From: an uncultured Planctomycetales bacterium | Lineage (GTDB): Bacteria; Omnitrophota; Gorgyraeia; Zapsychrales; Fredricksoniimonadaceae | Assembly (NCBI GenBank): GCA_964572155.1 | Contig: CAZNDZ010000001.1 | Span: 782,290-846,289, forward strand | Reading direction: 5' to 3' | DNA length: 64,000 nt | Shown here: positions 38,454-48,526 of the stretch, one piece after another | Numbering within the stretch: position 1 is the first letter of the stretch | Layout: each line of letters opens with the position of its first letter | The notes under the pieces: generated by a model | What the model saw: only the letters and a program-made list of their open reading frames with translations | What the model was told of the DNA's origin: nothing | Databases searched by the model: none | Position numbers and translations under genes: made by a program

Positions 38454-41400
38454 TTGGCTTATATAGTATTTATATTCTATACTTTCCGTGTGAAATCCCC
38501 CTATAAGAAGCTTATTGCAATTGTGGTTATTTTAACTTTTTGGGCATCGCTATTTGTCCCACAGCAAGTCCATGCCCAATTAAGCTTACCAGCACCCGGC
38601 ACCATGGTGTCGCTTAGCCCTTCATTTCATCCGCCCGTCCTCAAAGGCATTAAGATTAATCCCAATGATCCTTTAAAGTTTGATTTCATCCTAGATAAAG
38701 GTTCCATAGAGACGCGATTGATCGCGTCTCAAACAACAACTTTAATTAAATACTTTTTGGCCGCATTAACAATCCCAGAACAAGACCTTTGGGTTAACTT
38801 AAGTCCGTATGAAAAAGACCGCATTGTGCCAGATTCTTTTGGTCAAACCGAAATGGGCAGAGATTTATTAGCCCAAGATTATTTGCTCAAACAAATCACG
38901 GCATCATTGGTTTATCCCGAAGGGGATATTGGCAAAGCATTTTGGAAAAAAGTTTATGCGTCATCCTCGACAAAAGATGTCCCAATCAATGCATTTAACA
39001 AAGTTTGGATTGTGCCTAATAAGGCCGTTATTTACGAAAATACCAAAGCAGGTACGGCTTATGTTATTGAATCTTCGTTAAAAGTTTTAACCGAACAAGA
39101 TTATCTTGCCAGCACTAAGAATAGTATTAAAACGAATAATAATCAAATCGTTAAAGATGTGGTGCTCCCGCAATTAACCAAGGAAGTCAACGAAGGGGCA
39201 AATTTTGCCAAGCTTCGTCAAGTCTACAATGCGCTCATCTTGGCCACGTGGTACAAAAGAAAAATCAAAGATAGTATCTTTTCAAAAACATATGCCGACC
39301 AAAACAAGATTAACGGCATAGCGATAAGCGACCTTAAAGAAAAACAGAAAATCTATGAACGTTACTGTGAAGCTTTTAAAAAAGGCGCATATAACTACAT
39401 CAAAGAAACACCGATGCCTGACGGGACAATGGTTCCAAGGAAATATTTCTCAGGAGGGGTAGTCCTAAAATTTGGCAACAATGATTTCGCCATGGTTGAT
39501 CATATTTCGGGAGAAGTGAAGGGAGATTTTGCACAGGTTAGCGTTGCATTGAAGTGGTTAAAGAAAATATTTGGTTCAAATACAAAAGGGATGTCGCAGC
39601 TAGAAATAAAGTTGATTGGCGATAATCCATTAAAGAAACAGGCGATTGAGGCGATATTGCAACGCATCGAATTGGGGAATTTAGTTGATAAGCAACGTCT
39701 AAGAGAGCTTGTGAGTATAGACCCAGAACATATTGCCATGGTCATAGACCCAAGAAATTATTCTGAAGCGATTCCATATAGTGCCGATTTTGTAACCATG
39801 GTGATAGGTAATGGCAAGGCTTTGGCTCAAGTAAGTCTAAGTCATGTCGGGATGGATTTCTTTCAGTCGGATGAAGGCGTTTTAATATTAAAAGAATTAG
39901 GCATGGGCATAATTTGGAAGACGCAGTTTGATCAGAATAAGGCAGTGATTCCAAATGTGGTCAATTTTTATTCTGTGCAAGGCATTAATAAGATTATCAC
40001 GGAGAATGCAGAATTTTTAAAACGTTATGGATATCGCGTTCAAGGTTTTATGGGGCAAGCTGACATTGAGCGTTTCATCACGTTATTGCTTATTAGTGAT
40101 TCAGCGCCACAACATGAATCGTCGATAAGCGCATTGTTTTACGGTTATCCTCGCGAGGCTGTAGAATCGTTTATGAAGCATATACAAACCATGTACTCCT
40201 TTCGAGACGCAATAAGAAACATATTCCCAATATATTTTCATAAAATCAAAGGCATTCATCCATTTGCCAAATTTGCCATCACCAAGGAGTCGTTTTTACC
40301 AGCCATGAAAAAATTAGAGGAGCGATATCGCGGCATTGATACCGTCTCAGCTGCATTAAGATATTCAAAAGATACAGATCAAGCGCAGATGGTTAAAGGG
40401 GTTTCATTAACGATAGAAGAGGCGAAGGCTATTAAGGTTTTAAGAAATATTTTGTCTAAGAATCAAAATGATATTTTATCGATTGGCGGCACGTCTGATG
40501 TTTTCTTTAATCGCATACGTTTTGAGCTTATTTTTGGTTTATTAGGTCAACACGTCGATGTTTTTCAGCCAAGGAAAGCATATTACAAGCAGTGGCAAAG
40601 AGATTTAAAGACGAGGGATTGGCAGAAGGTAAAAGATAATGTTTCGTTATATGAGGAGCCCTTTAGAAGCAACAGTCGCATAAATCCAAAAACTAAGTCA
40701 GTTGCTGTATTGATGAGTGTTCTTTCTGATCCTGAAGTAGCGGATTGGATAAAACAACGGTTGTTACAAAATGTATTAAATGTACTTCAAGAAAATGGGG
40801 TGTTGATTGTTGGTTGGTATAAAGATCGGAAGATCAGAGATCGTGAATTCCAAGATACCAAACGCATACTAGATTGGTTTGTCGAAAGAGGGTATACCTT
40901 TACGCTTGATACAGAACATCAGATCACAAGTTCCATGCATGAGATACAAATTTATCGTGTCACAGGGCAGCGTATAGGTTTCTTTCGATACTGGGCAAAG
41001 AGGTTATTTAATCAGCCTGTTGATCAAGCGATCCCAATTAGATTAAATGAAGCCTCGACTGATGAGATTAATTTCATCCGTGAGATGTCGTCGTTAAACT
41101 TAAGAGATGGTTCAAATATTGCAGCCATAGGTTCAACTAATGGGAAAGAAACGCATCTTCATGAAAAACAAATTCGAGTTCCAGAAGTTTTTGCGTCGAT
41201 GGGGCATCATGTGGACGTTTTTCAACCAGAAACATTTGGTGCAGATAAGTGGGAAACAGCAAAAGCTGCTGCAAATAGGCCTAAATATTTCAACAATATA
41301 ACCATTCACCGAAAATCCGTTGGTTATAACGGCGTGCTTCCAAAAGATTCAGTGTCGGTTGCTTTTCTAGATGCTGTCTTATCAGATCCTTTTATCATGG

Positions 41401-43613
41401 CTACAGAAAGAAATGGGTTTGCTTTGCTAGGATCTGTTATGGAGGCGATCAAGGATAAGGGCTATTTGATGGTTGGTTGGTATAAGAATGATCCCACGGA
41501 TTCTGAGCGAAGAGACACCTATTACTTTTTAGATTTGATTAGAAATCGTGGATATCATTTACAGAAATTGCCAAATAAGATAAGTAGCGAAGCACATCAA
41601 ATAGAGGTGTACCGTGTGATCAAAGATCATGCGCAGAGTTCTTTGGTTAATGGCGTGCGTTTAGTTCAATACGCTCTTGCAACTGATGTTGCCCAACACG
41701 TCGCACGTCGTATGGCAGATGTGATTAAAGCAAATAATGAGTTGGGTCGAGAGACGCGTTTTATTACTCCGACGGGTGGGACCTATGAGGCGGTGTATCA
41801 GCAATTGATTGCGATTATTGAGCAAGAACAGATCGATTGTTCACGGTTAATCACGTTTAATATGGATGAATATATTGGCGTTGCAGATGAGCAAAGTTAT
41901 CGGCATTACATGGAGCAGAATTTATTTAGCGCCTTAGAGCGATTTGGCTGGAAGAAAGCAAATGGGCATGTGTTAAATGGTAAAACCGTTAACATAGAGG
42001 ATGAAGTAAATGCCTATGAAAAAGCCATTCGTGACGGTGGGATTGATTTAGCATTAGGTGGCATCGGCCAAGATGGCCATATCGCGTTTAATGAGCCGAT
42101 CATCCGTGTTGGAACAACTGGGGTCACCTTTGAACAAGCGCGCGATTTTAATGAGTTTGTCCTCGATGTTCCAGAAAGTCAACGCGCTGCTATTATCCAA
42201 CAAATTCATGATCAGCGTAGAAAAGCACGAGAAATTGAATCTTTAAAAAGTTATTTAGCTTCTAAAATTTTTGGTAAAGATGTGACAGGTTTAGCGGCAA
42301 GGCTGAAAGATCAACCGATAAAGATTTATACAGATTCAAAAGAAATATCAAACCTACAAACACGCCATGTGCAACTAGCCCTACAAACCATCATCGACAA
42401 TAGCCGCTATTTCCCCGATGCCAATCAAATGCCAATAGAGGCGCTTACCATTGGCATTGCCACGATCAAGATCGCCAAGGAAGTTATGATTGCGGCCACA
42501 GGTTCAAATAAGGTGGATGCGCTGATGGCTGCTCTTAAGAAAGAACCATCGACGGAGGTTGCGGCTTCGCAGTTAAGGGGTCATGAAAATGTAGCTTTCG
42601 TGGTTGATTTTAATTTGACCGAAGAAATACATGCGCGTTTGATTAAATACATGTTACATCAGGAAGAATTTGATTTAAAAGAAATCATAGCCTATGGCAA
42701 AACCTTAGGGCTAGATCAAGGGGAATTATTCAAGACCATTGAACAGTTAACAAATCAAAAAGCGTTTATTCGAGAGCCTCAAAAAGATCCACATCGATGG
42801 ACATCATTTCTTCCCATTTTTAGACGGGATGGTACTTTTACAGGTAAGGTCAAAGATTATTGGGCGACGGGTAGAGACGGGGATTGGTACAAGGCAAGTT
42901 GTGTTTTTCTCCAGAGTCAATCAGGGAAATTATTGCTTCAGATCCGTAAGGATGGAACGCTTGATATTTCCATTGGTGGTGCTGTGGATATTGGTTTTGA
43001 TGAAGAAAGCACGGCCATTAAAGAAGCACGGGAAGAATTGGCGTTAGATATTAAAAGCAAAGATTTAAATCAAATCAAAGGTTCTAGTAATGGTTCGATC
43101 ATCGAGCCTGTTGATGAATACGTTATATTTAATTTTTTTCATGTTGCTTTGACGCGGGCTAAAGAGAATTCTTGGAGAAAAAATGTGGGGCATGTGGTGA
43201 TGTCATGGGACGATTTTTTACAAGGCAAGACGCGCGTATTAAATGATGAAGTTTCGGGCATTGTTGAAGTTCAAGCCAAAGAGCTTATTGACTACTACTT
43301 CAAGGATCCAAAAAACCAGATAAAGTTTGCACAGGGTTTAAAAGCTGCATTGGAAGATCAAGATGTGCGTTCCTATCTTAAATCCATCGATCCTGCACAA
43401 ATAGGGCAAATGGCAGAGCGTCTGACGCCAGGTGGTATCGACCTAAATGCTTCTAAGATGAATGTTGAGACGCATAATGCTGGTGAGGCCATGAAGTTGG
43501 GCGTTGACCCAGTGCTTTTGAAGCAACTTCAAGAGGCTGGAGGGTTTATGCCGGTTATCCTGAAAATCCAGCCTTTGGTGGATGTGAAGGCCTTTTTGGG
43601 TGTGAGCGGTTAA
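38454..43613 (+). CDS. Giant exported multidomain protein, paralog 2 of 3 (1719 aa). Conserved N-domain, two ~170-aa internal tandem repeats, a NagB/6-phosphogluconolactonase-like module, a Nudix-like module and the conserved C-terminal GGIDLNA domain.
   Basis: Signal peptide ...LIAIVVILTFWASLFVPQQVHA. The true start may be the GTG at 38490, giving MKSPYKK..., because the ATG at 38454 sits inside a promoter-like TTGGCT-17-TATACT. N-domain shared with 16116 and 55642. Tandem repeats each contain HVDVFQP...VLSDP...GWYK...YRV. ITPTGGTYEAVYQQL...LALGGIGQDGHIAFNEP is NagB/Pgl-like. GGAVDIGFDEESTAIKEAREELAL resembles a Nudix box. C terminus TPGGIDLNASKMNVETH...LKIQPLVDVKAFLG. Confidence 0.8.
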   Translation: MAYIVFIFYTFRVKSPYKKLIAIVVILTFWASLFVPQQVHAQLSLPAPGTMVSLSPSFHPPVLKGIKINPNDPLKFDFILDKGSIETRLIASQTTTLIKYFLAALTIPEQDLWVNLSPYEKDRIVPDSFGQTEMGRDLLAQDYLLKQITASLVYPEGDIGKAFWKKVYASSSTKDVPINAFNKVWIVPNKAVIYENTKAGTAYVIESSLKVLTEQDYLASTKNSIKTNNNQIVKDVVLPQLTKEVNEGANFAKLRQVYNALILATWYKRKIKDSIFSKTYADQNKINGIAISDLKEKQKIYERYCEAFKKGAYNYIKETPMPDGTMVPRKYFSGGVVLKFGNNDFAMVDHISGEVKGDFAQVSVALKWLKKIFGSNTKGMSQLEIKLIGDNPLKKQAIEAILQRIELGNLVDKQRLRELVSIDPEHIAMVIDPRNYSEAIPYSADFVTMVIGNGKALAQVSLSHVGMDFFQSDEGVLILKELGMGIIWKTQFDQNKAVIPNVVNFYSVQGINKIITENAEFLKRYGYRVQGFMGQADIERFITLLLISDSAPQHESSISALFYGYPREAVESFMKHIQTMYSFRDAIRNIFPIYFHKIKGIHPFAKFAITKESFLPAMKKLEERYRGIDTVSAALRYSKDTDQAQMVKGVSLTIEEAKAIKVLRNILSKNQNDILSIGGTSDVFFNRIRFELIFGLLGQHVDVFQPRKAYYKQWQRDLKTRDWQKVKDNVSLYEEPFRSNSRINPKTKSVAVLMSVLSDPEVADWIKQRLLQNVLNVLQENGVLIVGWYKDRKIRDREFQDTKRILDWFVERGYTFTLDTEHQITSSMHEIQIYRVTGQRIGFFRYWAKRLFNQPVDQAIPIRLNEASTDEINFIREMSSLNLRDGSNIAAIGSTNGKETHLHEKQIRVPEVFASMGHHVDVFQPETFGADKWETAKAAANRPKYFNNITIHRKSVGYNGVLPKDSVSVAFLDAVLSDPFIMATERNGFALLGSVMEAIKDKGYLMVGWYKNDPTDSERRDTYYFLDLIRNRGYHLQKLPNKISSEAHQIEVYRVIKDHAQSSLVNGVRLVQYALATDVAQHVARRMADVIKANNELGRETRFITPTGGTYEAVYQQLIAIIEQEQIDCSRLITFNMDEYIGVADEQSYRHYMEQNLFSALERFGWKKANGHVLNGKTVNIEDEVNAYEKAIRDGGIDLALGGIGQDGHIAFNEPIIRVGTTGVTFEQARDFNEFVLDVPESQRAAIIQQIHDQRRKAREIESLKSYLASKIFGKDVTGLAARLKDQPIKIYTDSKEISNLQTRHVQLALQTIIDNSRYFPDANQMPIEALTIGIATIKIAKEVMIAATGSNKVDALMAALKKEPSTEVAASQLRGHENVAFVVDFNLTEEIHARLIKYMLHQEEFDLKEIIAYGKTLGLDQGELFKTIEQLTNQKAFIREPQKDPHRWTSFLPIFRRDGTFTGKVKDYWATGRDGDWYKASCVFLQSQSGKLLLQIRKDGTLDISIGGAVDIGFDEESTAIKEAREELALDIKSKDLNQIKGSSNGSIIEPVDEYVIFNFFHVALTRAKENSWRKNVGHVVMSWDDFLQGKTRVLNDEVSGIVEVQAKELIDYYFKDPKNQIKFAQGLKAALEDQDVRSYLKSIDPAQIGQMAERLTPGGIDLNASKMNVETHNAGEAMKLGVDPVLLKQLQEAGGFMPVILKIQPLVDVKAFLGVSG

Positions 43614-43665
43614 GTATTTTTTCCTATCCTAAAGCCCCTGCTTTGTGCTAGAATAACCCCTTCCT

Positions 43666-44685
43666 ATGAATAAATACTATAATATTATAAATAAATTTAA
43701 GTCCAAAAGGCTTCTCGTTATTGGGGATCTGGTGTTGGACCAGTATATCAAGGGGTCAGTTTCCCGCATTTCTCCGGAAGCGCCGGTGCCCATTGTGGTT
43801 CAACAAGAGTCTTTTTTCACCCCAGGGGGCGCGGCTAATGTGGCCAATAACCTAAGTAGTTTAGGCGCGGATGTGACCTTGATTGGTAAGGTTGGGGATG
43901 ATATTGAAGGCGCTATTTTAAAACGGGAATTAAGCCATCGTAAGATTCATACCAACGGCATTTTCATGGATGAAACCATCCAGACCATATTTAAGACCCG
44001 CATCATCGCCCAACATCAACAAATTGTACGTTTGGATCGTGAGACGGTTGGTGTCACCAATGATGAGCTTTTTAAAACCAAGATTGTGCCATTTTTAAAG
44101 AAGAATTTTACCAAGTATGATGCGGTGATTATTTCTGATTATGGCAAAGGCATGATTGATATGGGGCTCATGGCAATGGTTCATGAGTTGGCCTTGCAAC
44201 ATAAAATTCCCGTCGTGGTTGATCCTAAATTTGAAGATTTGCGTGCTTATGGTGTTGTGACCTGCATCACACCCAATAAAAAAGAAGCAGAAACAGCCTT
44301 GAAGGCGATCACAGAAGCGGCACGCAAAACATTTGGCGTTGTATCCACACGGTTGGATAAAAAAGAAGAGATTGAGAAAAACGGCCAAGGGTTATTGGCT
44401 TACTTAGGCATTGAATCATTGCTCATCACCTTAGGTGAGCATGGCATGTATTTATTTGAACATGATCGCAAACCTTTTCCCATTGCAACCCGCGCCCAGG
44501 AAGTTTTTGATGTTAGTGGTGCAGGGGACACGGTGATTTCTGTTTTTTCTCTAGCACTAGCAGCCAAGGCTGATCGTCGCAATGCAGCCGATATTGCTAA
44601 TTATGCCGCCGGTGTGGTTGTTGGTAAAATGGGGGCAGTTGCCATTGAACCTGATGAGTTAAAGCAGGCGGTTAAAGCATCATGA
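43666..44685 (+). CDS. hldE: D-glycero-beta-D-manno-heptose-7-phosphate kinase (RfaE domain I, PfkB family). Stand-alone kinase domain.
   Basis: LVIGDLVLDQYIKGSVSRISPEAPVPIV is typical of RfaE domain I. PfkB C-terminal GAGD motif (VSGAGDTV). 339 aa, so no adenylyltransferase domain. Confidence 0.7.
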   Translation: MNKYYNIINKFKSKRLLVIGDLVLDQYIKGSVSRISPEAPVPIVVQQESFFTPGGAANVANNLSSLGADVTLIGKVGDDIEGAILKRELSHRKIHTNGIFMDETIQTIFKTRIIAQHQQIVRLDRETVGVTNDELFKTKIVPFLKKNFTKYDAVIISDYGKGMIDMGLMAMVHELALQHKIPVVVDPKFEDLRAYGVVTCITPNKKEAETALKAITEAARKTFGVVSTRLDKKEEIEKNGQGLLAYLGIESLLITLGEHGMYLFEHDRKPFPIATRAQEVFDVSGAGDTVISVFSLALAAKADRRNAADIANYAAGVVVGKMGAVAIEPDELKQAVKAS

Positions 44686-45419
44686 GAACCATTGGCGTCA
44701 TCCCTGCACGCATGGCCTCAACGCGTTTTCCAGGGAAAGTTTTAGCCAAGATAGGCGATCAAACCATGATCGAACGGGTTTGGCGCAAGGCAAAAGCGGC
44801 GACAAAATTAGATGATGTCTTAATAGCGTGTGATCACGACGATGTTTTAAAGACAGCCAAGAGTTTTGGCGCACGGGCGGTGATGACAGATCCAAATCAT
44901 CCCTCGGGTTCTGATCGCATTGCACAGGCCATTTCAAATGAGGTTTGTGAGATTGTCATCAATATTCAAGGTGATGAACCTTTTATTGATACAGGTGTGA
45001 TTGATGCTTTAGCAGGGGCATTGCAAGCAGATGCGAAAATTAGCATGAGCACGGTGATCAAGCCCATTGCCTCCGATGAAGAATTTCTTAACCCTAATGT
45101 GGTTAAATGCGTCATTGATGAACAAGGCTTTGCATTGTACTTTTCACGCGCACCTATTCCCTATAAACGAGATGCGCAATCAGCGACGATCAAACGCTAC
45201 AAACATTTAGGTATTTACGCGTATCGTAAAGAATTTTTATTGCAGTATAAAGATTGGCCTAAGTCGAGTTTAGAAAATTGTGAGCAACTTGAACAATTAC
45301 GGGTTTTAGAAAAGGGCTATCGCATTAAGACCGTTGAAACACATCAAGAGTCGATTGCGATTGATACACCCGCAGATTTAGAAAAGGCGCTTCTATGGTT
45401 ACAAAAACAGTCAAATTAA
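44682..45419 (+). CDS. kdsB: 3-deoxy-manno-octulosonate cytidylyltransferase (CMP-Kdo synthetase)
   Basis: IGVIPARMASTRFPGKVLAKIGDQTMIERV. NIQGDEPFI motif. Confidence 0.85.
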   Translation: MRTIGVIPARMASTRFPGKVLAKIGDQTMIERVWRKAKAATKLDDVLIACDHDDVLKTAKSFGARAVMTDPNHPSGSDRIAQAISNEVCEIVINIQGDEPFIDTGVIDALAGALQADAKISMSTVIKPIASDEEFLNPNVVKCVIDEQGFALYFSRAPIPYKRDAQSATIKRYKHLGIYAYRKEFLLQYKDWPKSSLENCEQLEQLRVLEKGYRIKTVETHQESIAIDTPADLEKALLWLQKQSN

Positions 45420-46222
45420 ATAACAATGTTCATTTTGGTGGCAAGCATCCGTTTGTTTTGATCGCAGGCCCCTGTGTTATTGAATCCCCAGACAGTGCCT
45501 TTAAAATTGCACAAACATTAAAGGCCATCACCAAAAAGTTAGGGGTTGCCTTTGTGTTTAAAGCCAGCTACGACAAGGCGAATCGCACGTCCATTCATTC
45601 ATTTCGCGGTCCAGGCATCGTCGAAGGTTTAAAAGTATTGGCGAAGATCAAAGAAAAGTTAGATGTGCCGGTGGTGAGTGATGTTCATTCCGTCGAGGAA
45701 GCAACGATTGCCGGAGATTTCTTAGATATCATTCAGATCCCCGCGTTCTTATGCCGTCAAACAGATTTGATTGTTGCTGCTGCCAAGACCGGTAAGATTG
45801 TTAATGTTAAGAAGGGTCAATTCTTGGCACCGAGCGATGTGAAGGGTATTATCAAGAAAATGGAAGAAGCGGGTAATAAGAAATTATTATTAACAGAGCG
45901 TGGGTCGAGCTTTGGTTACAATACCTTGATCACTGATTTTAAAGGCATGTGCGCCATGCGAGAATTAGGTTATCCTGTTGTGTTTGATGCAACCCATAGC
46001 GTGCAAAAGCCAGGTGGGTTAGGTCATGCCACTGCAGGGGAGAGTCAATATATCCCTGCATTATCCAGAGCCGCGGTTGCTGTTGGGGTGGATGGTTTAT
46101 TTATTGAAACGCATCCAAATCCAGCAAAGGCTTTGTCCGACGGGCCTAATATGTTGCCCTTAAATAAAATGGAAAGCTTACTCAAAGATTTAATCGCCAT
46201 TAATAAGGTGGTCTTAAAATAA
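45395..46222 (+). CDS. kdsA: 3-deoxy-8-phosphooctulonate synthase
   Basis: FVLIAGPCVIES. DFLDIIQIPAFLCRQTDL. DATHSVQKPGG motifs. Confidence 0.85.
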   Translation: MVTKTVKLNNNVHFGGKHPFVLIAGPCVIESPDSAFKIAQTLKAITKKLGVAFVFKASYDKANRTSIHSFRGPGIVEGLKVLAKIKEKLDVPVVSDVHSVEEATIAGDFLDIIQIPAFLCRQTDLIVAAAKTGKIVNVKKGQFLAPSDVKGIIKKMEEAGNKKLLLTERGSSFGYNTLITDFKGMCAMRELGYPVVFDATHSVQKPGGLGHATAGESQYIPALSRAAVAVGVDGLFIETHPNPAKALSDGPNMLPLNKMESLLKDLIAINKVVLK

Positions 46223-46223
46223 C

Positions 46224-47180
46224 ATGTTAAAACGCGCAAAAGAAGTCATCACGATTGAAGCCAATGCCATCAAAGCGCTTTTAAAAAAGCTCGATGGTAA
46301 TTTTGCAACGGCGGTAGATTTGATCGCCAAGTGTTCAGGGCGTGTGGTTGTTTGTGGCATGGGCAAGACGGGCATCATCGGCCGCAAGATTGCTGCCACC
46401 TTATCATCGACCGGAACGCCGAGCGTCTATTTGCATAGTGCTGAGGCTGTTCATGGTGATTTAGGGCAAGTGACATCTAAAGATATTATCATCGTCATTT
46501 CACAAAGCGGCGAAACCGAAGAAACAGTGCGTTTGTTGCCTGCGGTTAAAAAGATTGGTGTTAAGACTATTGCCATGACAGGCAATTTAAAATCATCTTT
46601 GGCGAAACATAGCGACGTGGTGCTAAATACATCTGTTGCTAAAGAAGGTTGTCCATTAGGGTTAGCGCCCATGGCATCGACGACAGCAACCTTGGCCCTA
46701 GGCGATGCCTTGGCTGCATGCTTGATTGATCGTCGAGGATTTAAAAAAGAAGATTTTGCCTTTTATCACCCAGGCGGTAGTTTGGGGCGACGTTTATTAT
46801 TGAAGGTTGAAGATATCATGCGCACAGGTGCAGGTTTAGCCTTGGTTAAGCCGACGATGAAAGTCAAAGACGTCTTATTGGCCATCACCAAAGCTCGCAG
46901 CGGTTGTGCGTGCGTGGTTGATGCCAAGGGTCACTTGGTCGGGTTTTTTACAGACGGTGATTTGCGTCGACATTTGAATGAAGGCGCTTTGGTTTTATCG
47001 CAACCTGTTGAAGGGATCATGACCAAAAAGCCAACATCCATCACCAAAGATAAATTAGCTGCGGCAGCGTTTGATATTTTAAAAACCCGTCGTATTGATG
47101 AGTTGCCTGTTGTTGATAAAACCAATAAGGTGGTCGGATTGGTGGATGTTCAAGATTTGCTTAAAGCAGGTTTGGTATGA
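46224..47180 (+). CDS. kdsD: Arabinose-5-phosphate isomerase (SIS plus tandem CBS domains)
   Basis: SIS domain (VVVCGMGKTGIIGRKIAATLSSTGTPS) plus two CBS domains. Canonical KpsF/GutQ architecture. Confidence 0.85.
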   Translation: MLKRAKEVITIEANAIKALLKKLDGNFATAVDLIAKCSGRVVVCGMGKTGIIGRKIAATLSSTGTPSVYLHSAEAVHGDLGQVTSKDIIIVISQSGETEETVRLLPAVKKIGVKTIAMTGNLKSSLAKHSDVVLNTSVAKEGCPLGLAPMASTTATLALGDALAACLIDRRGFKKEDFAFYHPGGSLGRRLLLKVEDIMRTGAGLALVKPTMKVKDVLLAITKARSGCACVVDAKGHLVGFFTDGDLRRHLNEGALVLSQPVEGIMTKKPTSITKDKLAAAAFDILKTRRIDELPVVDKTNKVVGLVDVQDLLKAGLV

Positions 47181-47689
47181 ACACCGCGGCTCTAAAGAAT
47201 ATAAAAGTCTTGGTCATGGATGTCGATGGTGTATTAACCGATGGTAAGATCATTGTTGATAGCAATGGTGTTGAGTCAAAAAATTTTGATGTTCAAGATG
47301 GCTTAGGGATTGTCTTGTTGCATCAATGTGGGATTAAGACAGCGATCATTTCAGCACGTCAAAGTGAAGTGGTTAAGTTCCGTGCTGGTGATTTAAAGAT
47401 CGATCAAGTTTTTGTAGGCGTGTATCCAAAGATGAGTGCCTATGAAGAAATGCTTAAGAATTTAAATGTCAGCGATAGTGAAGTATGTTTTATCGGTGAT
47501 GATGTTGTTGATTTAAAAGTTTTACGCCGTGTTGGTTTTGCTGTGGCGGTTGATAATGCCGTGTTTGAAGTTAAAAAAGCAGCACATTATGTCACAAAGA
47601 AGCGTGGCGGTAACGGGGCAGTGCGGGAAGTTGTGGAGTTAATCTTAAAGGCCAAGGGCCAATGGACAAAAGAGCTATATGAACATTAA
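47177..47689 (+). CDS. kdsC: Kdo-8-phosphate phosphatase (HAD family)
   Basis: VLVMDVDGVLTDGKI. CFIGDDVVDLKVL HAD motifs. 170 aa. Confidence 0.8.
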   Translation: MNTAALKNIKVLVMDVDGVLTDGKIIVDSNGVESKNFDVQDGLGIVLLHQCGIKTAIISARQSEVVKFRAGDLKIDQVFVGVYPKMSAYEEMLKNLNVSDSEVCFIGDDVVDLKVLRRVGFAVAVDNAVFEVKKAAHYVTKKRGGNGAVREVVELILKAKGQWTKELYEH

Positions 47690-48524
47690 AACATGCATGT
47701 TGATAATGTTGTTGCTTTTAAATGTGTCGTTGGTTGTTGCTGATGATAGTGGTCCAACGCAGCAATTAGAAGGCTTTAATTTGAATGGTTATACGACGGG
47801 TGGGAAAAAGTCTTGGGAAATTAATGGCGATAAAGCAGACATCACGGATGAAAGCATTAAGGTCACCAATGTCAATGCCAATATGTATGATAAACAGAAT
47901 GCAAATTTAAAATCAAAGAGTGGGGTCATCAATAAGGTTAACGGCGATGTGCATTTGCAAGATGATGTGGTCTTAACATCTGACCGTGGCACCACCATGA
48001 CAACCGATAGTTTGGATTGGAGCCGAAACAATGATTTGGTTAAGACCGATGACAAAGTGACCATTCAAGATGAGAAGGGTACATTGACGGGAACCGGGTT
48101 AACTGGTCATCCAAACTTAAAGAAGGCGCAATTAAATGAAGATGTGACAGCAACAATCAAAGCAGGGCAATCTACGGCTTTATCTGGTTCTTTGGTGCAA
48201 ATCACCTGTGATGGGCCAATGGAAGTTGATCAGCAAAAAATGAATGCGGTGTTTAATAAGAATGTCGTTGCGCGTGAATTACAAACAGGGCGTCAGCTGC
48301 AAGCAGATAAGATGACCATTTGGTTTGATGACAAAAACAAGAAGTTAAAGAAGGTTGTTTGTTCTGGCCATGTGATCGCCACCCAAGGCAACAATTCAAC
48401 ATATGCCGACGAGATGATTTATACCGGCGATGATGAGAAGTTGATCATGACAGGGAGGCCTAAATTGATTTTTGATACAGGCACTGAAGGCAGTAATAAT
48501 TTGTTCGATAAGATAGGTCAATAA
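47679..48524 (+). CDS. LptC/LptA (OstA)-family periplasmic LPS transport protein. A single gene where lptC and lptA are usually separate.
   Basis: N-terminal hydrophobic segment (MNIKTCMLIMLLLLNVSLVVA), then a beta-jellyroll-like sequence. Sits between kdsC and lptB, where lptC-lptA normally lie. Confidence 0.5.
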   Translation: MNIKTCMLIMLLLLNVSLVVADDSGPTQQLEGFNLNGYTTGGKKSWEINGDKADITDESIKVTNVNANMYDKQNANLKSKSGVINKVNGDVHLQDDVVLTSDRGTTMTTDSLDWSRNNDLVKTDDKVTIQDEKGTLTGTGLTGHPNLKKAQLNEDVTATIKAGQSTALSGSLVQITCDGPMEVDQQKMNAVFNKNVVARELQTGRQLQADKMTIWFDDKNKKLKKVVCSGHVIATQGNNSTYADEMIYTGDDEKLIMTGRPKLIFDTGTEGSNNLFDKIGQ

Positions 48525-48526
48525 TC

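Noticed and set aside
44095-44388. Cysteine-rich 97-aa antisense ORF inside hldE (CGYNAKCFACRFCDRLQGCFCFFF...)
   Set aside because: It lies wholly inside the well-supported hldE coding sequence on the opposite strand. The Cys/Phe richness comes from reverse-complementing a Lys/Ala/Glu-rich coding region.
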